DNA of 64,000 bases from a virus: the IMG/VR virus record IMGVR_UViG_3300044733_004754; one strand, 5' to 3'. The position numbers and the translations under genes are program-made. Shown piece by piece: positions 56,191-64,000 of the stretch. Each line of letters starts with the position of its first letter. The first letter of the stretch is position 1. Under the pieces are notes generated by a model, which was not told the DNA's origin, ran no database searches, and worked only from the letters and a program-made list of their open reading frames with translations.

Positions 56191-56925
56191 ATGCAAACAT
56201 TCCAGCAATATAACGAAAGTCTTACAAAAGCAACACTTGAGTATCATCGTGTACTGAATCCAAAGTTTTGGGACGGTAAAGAACTAGATTCTCAAGTGCG
56301 CACTAAATTGCTTCAGATAGCTCGTGTTTGGGCCAAGTTTGCAAATATTGATAACAATAATATCGTTGATATTATTCTTACTGGTGGTAATGCAAATTAC
56401 AACTACACTCGTCAATCTGATCTTGATGTTCATTTGGTTATTGATTATGAGAAAGTGAGCTGCGAAGGTGAGCTTGTAATGGACTATTTCATGGCAAAAA
56501 AAGCTCTATGGGCGGCCAATCACTCCAATATAAAGGTGCTTGGCTACCCTGTCGAGCTGTTTGCAGAGGATAAGCGTGCGAAACATCCTCAAGGCCAAGG
56601 TGTATTCTCTTTGCTAAAGAACAAATGGATTCAAGAGCCTAAGTTTACCAAAATGAACTTTTCAAAGAATACGTTGTTACTGCAAAAAGTTGAATTTTAT
56701 ATGAAACAAATAGACACTATGGTTAAGAGTAAGAATAGTGTTGAAGCAGCCAATGAACTAAAAGATAAGATCAGATCCATGCGTGGTGCTTCAATCCAGG
56801 CAGGTGGTGAATTCTCGTTTGAGAATTTAGTATTTAAAGAGTTGCGCAATCGTGGTTATTTGGATAAACTGTCTAATTACTTGAAGAAAAATCAAGAGCG
56901 CGAGCTGTCTTTGTTTAAAAAGTGA
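56191..56925 (+). CDS. Pol-beta superfamily nucleotidyltransferase
   Basis: LTGGNANYNY...SDLDVH motif and a later acidic residue in PVELF. ACTAAATA lies upstream at 56158. Confidence 0.7.
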   Translation: MQTFQQYNESLTKATLEYHRVLNPKFWDGKELDSQVRTKLLQIARVWAKFANIDNNNIVDIILTGGNANYNYTRQSDLDVHLVIDYEKVSCEGELVMDYFMAKKALWAANHSNIKVLGYPVELFAEDKRAKHPQGQGVFSLLKNKWIQEPKFTKMNFSKNTLLLQKVEFYMKQIDTMVKSKNSVEAANELKDKIRSMRGASIQAGGEFSFENLVFKELRNRGYLDKLSNYLKKNQERELSLFKK

Positions 56926-56952
56926 CTTGGTACCAGCGAGGTATCCTTAATT

Positions 56953-59649
56953 ATGAAGTTCTACACACACGTTTTCAAAGCGTTTGATAAGATTTATGTT
57001 CGTGGATATGAAGATGGCGTTCGTTTTCAGGACGTTGTTGAATATGACCCATATATTTTTACCGCTTCTTTGACCGGTCGTTCAGAGTATAAGACCCTAG
57101 CAGGCAGGCCCGTAGCTAAGCTCCACCTTGGGTCGATGCGCGATGCGGCTAGCTACATCAAGAACAACAAAGACGTGGCTGGTCATGAGATGTATGGTTA
57201 TGGTCCCGAATCATATCACTACCAGTACATCAACGACGCTTTCCCAGGGGAGGTTAACTATGATCCCTCGTTGATATCTGTTGTCACGTTAGACATTGAA
57301 ACAGATTCTGAAGGTGGATTTCCGAACATCAAAGAAGCAGATAAAGCACTAACAGCTATTACGATTCGTAAGAATCAACAAGCTGTTACGTTTGGACTCT
57401 TTCCGTACACACCAGAACTTGATTATGTCACATACGTCGAGTGCCGTAGTGAACGAGACATGATCGAAAGATTTCTCGCACTGTGGAGGACAGAGGAATG
57501 GATGCCTGATGTTGTTACAGGCTGGAACGTTGAGTTCTTCGATATTCCCTACCTGATCAACCGTATCACGCGGCTATTTGATGAAAAGGTTGCAAAAAGA
57601 TTGTCGCCTTGGAATCTCTGGGAACAACGCCGTGATCCGAGCTCGGAAGACATGGCTGAGTACATGAATATTCCGGCTGGTATATCCGTCCTGGACTACA
57701 TGCAGTTGTACAAGAAGTTCTCGTTCACGAATCAAGAGTCCTTTAAACTTGACCATATTGCTTTTGTAGAGCTTGGTGAGCGTAAGTTGGATTTCAACGA
57801 ACTTGGTTTTGAGACTCTCGATGAGTTCTACAAAGGTGATTTTCGTAACTATATTAATTACAACATTCGTGACGTTGATCTTGTATACAAGCTAGATCAG
57901 AAGATGAAGTTCTTAGAGCAGGTATATGCTATTGCATACGACGGTAAGGTTAACTTCATCGACAGCTTGACCACAGTGAGTATGTGGGATGTTATCATCC
58001 ACAACTATCTGATGGAGCGTAAGATTGTGATCCCGATAAAGAGCATTGGGAACAAACCTCGTCAGATCGAAGGTGCATATGTGAAAGACCCTCAGTGTGG
58101 AATACACGATTGGGTCGTATCATTTGACTTGAACAGTCTGTATCCACACCTGATCATGCAGTACAACATCTCACCTGAAACGATGCGTGGGCAGTTAATG
58201 CAATACGATCTCAGCGTCACATCGAAGAGTGTTGATATGTTTCTTGATGGTGAGCTAGATGTTGTGCGGGATGAGCAACAACGTAATCAGCTTCGCGAAG
58301 ATATCAAAAACGCAGTCAATGGGTTTGCTCCTAATTCGTCATCATCAAAACTGACTGACTACTTTTTGAACTTTGAGACCATTCGCGAACCACTAGAGAA
58401 GCATAACCTAACTATCGCACCGACTGGTTGTGTGTTCGACAAAACAACACGAGGATTTCTGCCTACTCTCATGGAGACCATGTACAATGATCGGTCTTTG
58501 TGGAAGAAGCGAATGCTTGAGGCAAAGAAGGCGTATGAACAGACTCCTACACGAGAACTTTCAAACGAGATTGCAAGATGTCATAACATGCAGCTCGCTA
58601 AAAAGATTCAGCTGAATAGTGCTTATGGCGCCTTGTCGAATCAGTTCTTTCGTTGGTTTGATAACAGGCTTGCGGAATCAATTACAAAGTCTGGTCAGCT
58701 CTCTATTCGATGGATGGAGAAGAAGATCAATGCACAGTTAAACAAGATCCTCAGGACAGATAACGAGGACTTTGTGATTGCTATTGATACGGACTCGATG
58801 TATATCAAACTTGGTAAGTTTGTTGAGAAAACATATCCCGATCGCAATAAACCAATAACCGTTACATATATCGACAAAGTGTGTGCGGAATACTTTGAGC
58901 CTTTCATTGATAAAAGCTACCAAGAGCTTGCTGATTATGTTTCTGCATATGAGCAGAAAATGAAAATGAAACGAGAGGCCATTGCTGATAAAGGTCTTTG
59001 GACGGGAAAGAAACACTACATACTGAATGTTTATGATCTCGAGGGTGTTAGGTTTGCAGAACCTAAACTGAAAATTCAAGGTATCGAGTCTGTTCGTTCA
59101 TCGACACCTGCAACCTGTCGTGAGCATCTCAAAGCAGCATTCTCTGTTATCATGAACGAAAACGAGTCCTCTCTACAAAAGTTTATCAAAGACTATCGTA
59201 GAGTTTTCAAGACGTTGCCTTTTGAAGATATCGCTTTTCCTCGTAGCGTAAGAGGGATGTTGAAAAGTGATCAGTTTGATAAGAAGACAAAAAAGCTCAT
59301 ACAGAAATCCTATAACACAGGAACGATGAATTTCTTACTGGGCACACCGATCCACGTCAAAGGATCGTTGATGTATAACCATCTTATCCATCTCAAGAAT
59401 CTTGAAACTAAGTATATGCCTATTGGTGAAGGTGAGAAGATTAAGTTCTGTTATCTGCTTGACTCCTCACCCCTACCGACAAATGTTATCGCTGCACCAG
59501 GAAAGCTACCTAAAGAGCTTGGACTAAACAAATTCCTCGATTACGATACGCAGTTCGACAAATCATTTATGGAACCATTGCGTACAATCATGGAAGCAAT
59601 TGGATGGAAGGAAGAAAATGAACAACAAAGCCTCGATCAGTTCTTTTGA
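56953..59649 (+). CDS. gp43: Family B DNA polymerase gp43
   Basis: DIET exonuclease motif, SFDLNSLYPH, KIQLNSAYG and IDTDS. Confidence 0.97.
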   Translation: MKFYTHVFKAFDKIYVRGYEDGVRFQDVVEYDPYIFTASLTGRSEYKTLAGRPVAKLHLGSMRDAASYIKNNKDVAGHEMYGYGPESYHYQYINDAFPGEVNYDPSLISVVTLDIETDSEGGFPNIKEADKALTAITIRKNQQAVTFGLFPYTPELDYVTYVECRSERDMIERFLALWRTEEWMPDVVTGWNVEFFDIPYLINRITRLFDEKVAKRLSPWNLWEQRRDPSSEDMAEYMNIPAGISVLDYMQLYKKFSFTNQESFKLDHIAFVELGERKLDFNELGFETLDEFYKGDFRNYINYNIRDVDLVYKLDQKMKFLEQVYAIAYDGKVNFIDSLTTVSMWDVIIHNYLMERKIVIPIKSIGNKPRQIEGAYVKDPQCGIHDWVVSFDLNSLYPHLIMQYNISPETMRGQLMQYDLSVTSKSVDMFLDGELDVVRDEQQRNQLREDIKNAVNGFAPNSSSSKLTDYFLNFETIREPLEKHNLTIAPTGCVFDKTTRGFLPTLMETMYNDRSLWKKRMLEAKKAYEQTPTRELSNEIARCHNMQLAKKIQLNSAYGALSNQFFRWFDNRLAESITKSGQLSIRWMEKKINAQLNKILRTDNEDFVIAIDTDSMYIKLGKFVEKTYPDRNKPITVTYIDKVCAEYFEPFIDKSYQELADYVSAYEQKMKMKREAIADKGLWTGKKHYILNVYDLEGVRFAEPKLKIQGIESVRSSTPATCREHLKAAFSVIMNENESSLQKFIKDYRRVFKTLPFEDIAFPRSVRGMLKSDQFDKKTKKLIQKSYNTGTMNFLLGTPIHVKGSLMYNHLIHLKNLETKYMPIGEGEKIKFCYLLDSSPLPTNVIAAPGKLPKELGLNKFLDYDTQFDKSFMEPLRTIMEAIGWKEENEQQSLDQFF

Positions 59650-59908
59650 TGATGATTTTGGTTTTACCTTTGCTGATGAAAGTACAATTAGACAAGATCA
59701 CTTAATCGAAGCTGCTGCTGATCTTAACAATGAGTTGACTGACAAAATACAACAGATGTATGATGCGATAATCCCTCTGTTAAAAAACTTAAATAAGAAT
59801 CCTGAACAAGATATTATTAAGTGGCCTAACAGGCAAGAAAAGATTGCTCAGTTTAAAATGAAACTAGATCAAATAGGTGGAGATTATATTAAGGTGAAAA
59901 AACTATGA
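59618..59908 (+). CDS. Hypothetical protein downstream of gp43
   Basis: DDFGF...PLLKNL.KNPE...I.WPNR; start placed at the ATG at 59618. Confidence 0.7.
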   Translation: MNNKASISSFDDDFGFTFADESTIRQDHLIEAAADLNNELTDKIQQMYDAIIPLLKNLNKNPEQDIIKWPNRQEKIAQFKMKLDQIGGDYIKVKKL

Positions 59909-60090
59909 ATGATTTTGAAGTGCATCAACGAGGAACGGCTGAGGAGCTACGTCGTTCACGTGACCTAGCTAATACTATCGAGCAGCTCATTGTTCAATAT
60001 GGGGAAGGTATTGTTCCACATACTATCCTTCAAAAATATAAAGAGCTTAGACAAATATATGCAAGACATATCGCAAGCGAGGAGTGTTAA
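59905..60090 (+). CDS. Hypothetical protein
   Basis: Overlapping start and stop codons on both sides. Confidence 0.55.
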   Translation: MNDFEVHQRGTAEELRRSRDLANTIEQLIVQYGEGIVPHTILQKYKELRQIYARHIASEEC

Positions 60091-61118
60091 TGAGTGAATT
60101 TTTACGTGATCTGATTAAGGAACTTAAAGATGAAGACACTTCTTTGGCCTCTGACGGCTCTGGTAGTGCTGAGTTTGGGGGTTTTATTGATACTGGTAGC
60201 TACATTCTCAACGCTGTTCTCTCGGGTAGCCTCTATGGTGGCGTACCTGATAATAAAGTTACTGCATTTGCAGGCGAGTCCGCTACTGGTAAGACTTACT
60301 TCGTTCTTGGGGTCGTCAGGAGTTTCCTCGACAAACATCCCAAAGGAGCAGTCGTCTACTACGACACAGAAGCAGCCGTAACAAAGCATATGATGGAGGA
60401 GCGTGGTATTGACACGTCTCGTGTTATCATTGCTGAGCCTGATACCATTCAGAAGTTTAAAACCCATGCATTGAAATTGCTCGATGCATACGAACAAAAA
60501 GAAGAAGCATCACGTCCACCGATGATGTTTGTGTTGGATAGCTTGGGAATGCTTTCTACTTCCAAAGAGATGGAAGATAGTCTCGAAGGTAAAGATACCA
60601 GAGACATGACTAAAGCACAGATTATTAAAGCAGCTTTTAGAGTGTTGACTCTTAAACTAGCGAAGGTGAGAATCCCTCTGCTTGTAACTAATCACGTCTA
60701 TGAACTCGTCGGTTCATACGTGCCAACAAAGGAGCTCGGTGGTGGAACAGGACTTAAATATGCGGCTAGCACTATTGCTATGCTCTCCAAACGTAAGGAA
60801 AAAGATGGCACTGACGTCGTCGGAAACATTGTCAAGATCAAAATGTACAAATCCCGACTTTCAAAAGAAAACAGTCAAGCAGAAGTGTTACTTACTTACG
60901 CCAAAGGACTTGACAGGTACTACGGTCTCCTTGAGCTAGCAGAGAAGTACGGAGTATTTAAAAAGGTGTCTACACGATATCAACTACCAGACGGTACGAG
61001 TGCCTTTGGTAAAAATATTAATGAAGACCCAGAAAAATATTATACTGATGAAGTGATGAAGCTGCTGGAAGCAGCAGCACAACAAGAATTTAAATATGGA
61101 GTGAATACAAATGAGTGA
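60090..61118 (+). CDS. uvsX: RecA-like recombinase UvsX
   Basis: GESATGKT, YDTE, LDSLG, TNHVY and GGG.GLKYAAS motifs. Confidence 0.95.
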   Translation: MSEFLRDLIKELKDEDTSLASDGSGSAEFGGFIDTGSYILNAVLSGSLYGGVPDNKVTAFAGESATGKTYFVLGVVRSFLDKHPKGAVVYYDTEAAVTKHMMEERGIDTSRVIIAEPDTIQKFKTHALKLLDAYEQKEEASRPPMMFVLDSLGMLSTSKEMEDSLEGKDTRDMTKAQIIKAAFRVLTLKLAKVRIPLLVTNHVYELVGSYVPTKELGGGTGLKYAASTIAMLSKRKEKDGTDVVGNIVKIKMYKSRLSKENSQAEVLLTYAKGLDRYYGLLELAEKYGVFKKVSTRYQLPDGTSAFGKNINEDPEKYYTDEVMKLLEAAAQQEFKYGVNTNE

Positions 61119-61767
61119 AAATGCCCTTGTCCCAGCAGAATCTGCTTCTTACACAGCAGCTACCACGGAGTTTAATAAGCTGAATTATCAGCCTATTTTT
61201 CCGACTCTTATTACAACGGTCAAATTGGATCTTCCTGTTGCTGAAATGAAGGCCGGTCTCCTTCAGCTTGCAGGTGAATCACAAAACTACGAAGGTGGGT
61301 TTACTACGTTCTTTAATCGTCAAGAGCTAGATCATGTTTCGGGAATCAAGCAGCTTAAAGAAGCCATCTATGGCATTGCCTGTGCATTTGGGCGAGAATT
61401 GAAATACGAATGCAATTACGATAAATGTTCTATCCAACTCTGGGTTAATGTTATGAGGAAAGGTGGCTATCACCCACCTCATAACCATGCACGTTCCACC
61501 TTCTCTGGGACGTATTATGCAGAGGTGAATGATAACATGAGTCCTTTCGTGTTTTTTAACCCAACGAAAGACCTACGTATGCATGATCCAGTTGTACGGC
61601 CAGAAGATGCTGGTCCGTTTACTTCCGAGCAGATGATCATCAAACCAGAAACCGGATCTCTTTCCATGTGGCCGTCGTGGTTGTATCATCACGTACCACA
61701 AATGAATGTAGATGGTCCACGTGTTTCACTTTCCTTCAATGTAGATTTTCTTCCGCCAGGAGCATAA
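61111..61767 (+). CDS. 2OG-Fe(II) oxygenase (TIGR02466-like)
   Basis: WVN...HPPHNH..SGTYY...WPSWLYHHV...RVSLSFN pattern. Confidence 0.82.
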   Translation: MSENALVPAESASYTAATTEFNKLNYQPIFPTLITTVKLDLPVAEMKAGLLQLAGESQNYEGGFTTFFNRQELDHVSGIKQLKEAIYGIACAFGRELKYECNYDKCSIQLWVNVMRKGGYHPPHNHARSTFSGTYYAEVNDNMSPFVFFNPTKDLRMHDPVVRPEDAGPFTSEQMIIKPETGSLSMWPSWLYHHVPQMNVDGPRVSLSFNVDFLPPGA

Positions 61768-63138
61768 ATGGTTGTTGAAGATTTGATCTTTAGTAATCTG
61801 ATCTTCAATGAAGGGTATGGTCGAAAGGTCATACCCTTTTTAGTTCACGATTACTTTAGCAGTAGAATTGATAAAGAAATCTTCAAAGCGATCACTGGTT
61901 ATGTTGATCGTTTTAATAGCTTTCCGAATCAGGTAGCTCTATCGATTGAACTTGAGAACGCTCGCACTCTCAGTCAAGACGAGTTTGTTCAAGCTAAACA
62001 AAAAATCGACACATATTGTGATCAGCAGAACGATGTTGATTGGTTAGTTGACCAGACAGAAAAGTTTTGCAAGGATCGAGCGATCTATAATGCTATTTCT
62101 GAATCAATAAAGATTCTTGACGATAAGTCGGGTAAAACGAATCCAAATTCCATTCCTTCGCTGCTTGAACAAGCTCTGTCTGTTTCATTTGATACTCAGA
62201 TCGGTCATGACTTCTTTGATGACGTTGATCAACGGTATGAGTTCTATCACAAAAAAGAAGAGCGTATTCCTTTCGATATTGATTTTCTCAATAAGATATC
62301 CAAGGGCGGATTGCCCCGCAAAACATTAAATGTAGCGCTTGCAGGCACTGGCGTTGGTAAATCACTTTTTATGTGTCATTGTGCTGCTGCCAATATTGTT
62401 CAGGGCAAGAATGTTCTTTACATTACGATGGAAATGGCTGAAGAAAGAATTGCCGAACGTATTGATGCAAATCTCATGAACGTGACAGTTGATGATCTTG
62501 CGTTATTACCCAGAGACGCTTTTGAAAAGAAGATAGAGAGGGTGAAAGAAAAGACTGTAGGAAAGCTGATAATCAAGGAATACCCAACATCATCAGCAGG
62601 TGCTGCAAACTTTCGACATCTACTCAATGAACTTAGTTTAAAGAAGAAATTCAAGCCCGACATAATTTACATTGACTATCTTAACATATGTGCATCAAGT
62701 CGTCTTAAACAATCCGCTAACGTCAATTCATATACATATGTAAAAGCTATCGCTGAAGAGATTAGAGGACTAGCTGTTGAGTTTAATGTGCCTATTGTGT
62801 CCGCAACGCAGACAAATAGAGCTGGATATTCAAGCTCTGATGTAGGTCTTGAAAATACATCCGAATCGTTTGGCTTACCAGCAACAGTAGATATGATGTT
62901 TGCTATAATTTCATCCGAGGAACTGGAAGACTTGAACCAACTTATGTTTAAACAATTGAAAAACAGATATGCGGATCCTTCCAAGTTTCGTAAGTTTGTC
63001 GTAGGCGTAGACAGAGCGAAGATGAAGCTCTACGACGTCGAACAATCAGCACAAGATGATCTTATGCCAGATACTGCGTTGTTCGATAAAGACACCAATC
63101 GAAAATTTACTAAAGATATATTTAAAGGATTTAGTTGA
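61768..63138 (+). CDS. gp41: Replicative helicase gp41
   Basis: AGTGVGKS, TMEMAEE, IDYLNIC, SATQTNR and KQLKNRY motifs. Confidence 0.96.
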   Translation: MVVEDLIFSNLIFNEGYGRKVIPFLVHDYFSSRIDKEIFKAITGYVDRFNSFPNQVALSIELENARTLSQDEFVQAKQKIDTYCDQQNDVDWLVDQTEKFCKDRAIYNAISESIKILDDKSGKTNPNSIPSLLEQALSVSFDTQIGHDFFDDVDQRYEFYHKKEERIPFDIDFLNKISKGGLPRKTLNVALAGTGVGKSLFMCHCAAANIVQGKNVLYITMEMAEERIAERIDANLMNVTVDDLALLPRDAFEKKIERVKEKTVGKLIIKEYPTSSAGAANFRHLLNELSLKKKFKPDIIYIDYLNICASSRLKQSANVNSYTYVKAIAEEIRGLAVEFNVPIVSATQTNRAGYSSSDVGLENTSESFGLPATVDMMFAIISSEELEDLNQLMFKQLKNRYADPSKFRKFVVGVDRAKMKLYDVEQSAQDDLMPDTALFDKDTNRKFTKDIFKGFS

Positions 63139-63317
63139 TGCTCCCCACACAATTCATCTTGTGGTTGATTATATTTCCACTTGTTGTTTGTGGCTTTTTA
63201 ATAAACACTTCAGTAAGGGCATTCATATTTTTATTTAACTGTCCGTTTGATACATGGCGGTACATAGGAAAGAGTTTAGATGAAATACAGCTAGAAGAAA
63301 AAAATAGAAGAGAATGA
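63135..63317 (+). CDS. Small membrane protein
   Basis: Hydrophobic N-terminal half; fills the gap between coupled genes. Confidence 0.5.
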   Translation: MMLPTQFILWLIIFPLVVCGFLINTSVRAFIFLFNCPFDTWRYIGKSLDEIQLEEKNRRE

Positions 63318-63760
63318 AAGTATTAGTAACCGGCTCCAAAGACCCCTATCTTGAACAGGAAATACTTGCAGCGTCAAGATTCTTTGGAAAAGAGCTTCTA
63401 TCAAAACAATTAATAAAACATATACATCTTGAAATCATAGTTGTATCGACCAGTCCTGATCTCGGTAACTGTTGCATTACGTATTATAATGATTGGTACA
63501 AAGCACGTGAATTTGAGATCCAACTTAAACGAAAGAAATCTACTGACAGTATGATACAAACCCTCGCTCATGAAATGGTACATCTCAAACAATTTGCAAT
63601 GGGTGAGCTTAACGATGAACATACAAAGTGGAAAAGCGTGCCAATAGATTCTAACAAATTGGAATACCACGATTTACCTTGGGAAGTAGAGGCTTCTTCG
63701 CTTGAATATATACTATTCTCTATGTACCAAGAATACAAACAGCATTTACTTAGGAGTTAA
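63314..63760 (+). CDS. HExxH zinc metallopeptidase-like protein
   Basis: TLAHEMVHLKQ...PWEVEA pattern. Confidence 0.75.
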   Translation: MKVLVTGSKDPYLEQEILAASRFFGKELLSKQLIKHIHLEIIVVSTSPDLGNCCITYYNDWYKAREFEIQLKRKKSTDSMIQTLAHEMVHLKQFAMGELNDEHTKWKSVPIDSNKLEYHDLPWEVEASSLEYILFSMYQEYKQHLLRS

Positions 63761-63761
63761 C

Positions 63762-64000
63762 ATGGATAAAGCAACAATAGCCTCAGCATTTACACGGTAT
63801 GGAACTGATAAGGGTCCAAGACGACACAATTATCAGACTGCATATGCAAGTATTTTCAGTGATTGGACACCAGAATCATTACTTGAGATAGGTGTATGGG
63901 AAGGAGCTTCATTAGCTGCTTGGAAAGACTTGTTCCCCGAGGCCACACTTGCTGGTATTGAATTGAGACGGTATGAAACTATGGAGGCTGCCGCAAATAT
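63762..64000 (+). CDS. Class I SAM methyltransferase, 3'-truncated by the window edge
   Basis: MDKATIASAFTRYGTDKG...HNY...LLEIGVWEGASL..W...FP, with an AGGAG SD. Confidence 0.75.
   Translation, partial: MDKATIASAFTRYGTDKGPRRHNYQTAYASIFSDWTPESLLEIGVWEGASLAAWKDLFPEATLAGIELRRYETMEAAAN

Overview
This is a 64-kb piece of a large T4-like myophage genome, with the gene order of the exo-T4 group (cyanophages, phiM12, HTVC008M). It runs from tail/fibre genes through gp13-gp23, gp3, uvsY, uvsW, gp55, gp47, gp46, an accessory island, gp45, gp44, gp62, regA, hsp20, gp43, uvsX and gp41, with T4-type late promoters. A DUF3563-like peptide and a ROSE-like leader on an IbpA-like hsp20 hint at a proteobacterial host. 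The main finding is two paralogous giant proteins (1182 and 2142 aa) built from [YFW]-x-G-x tetrapeptides. Each repeat tract is inserted into one loop of a small globular domain. Its tandem-repeat blocks are mirror-symmetric about a conserved central motif (28x4, 40x4, 24x3, centre, 24x3, 40x4, 28x4 aa in the larger protein). This suggests very long out-and-back hairpin filaments, and they are followed by a cassette of candidate modifying enzymes. Also present: a 7-deazaguanine DNA-modification set (folE, queD, queE, DpdL-like, DpdA-like; no queC in the window), a putative PAPS synthase plus sulfotransferase, a degenerate peptide deformylase and an opposite-strand operon of exported Cys-rich proteins. 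All calls come from reading motifs and synteny by eye; no database searches were run.
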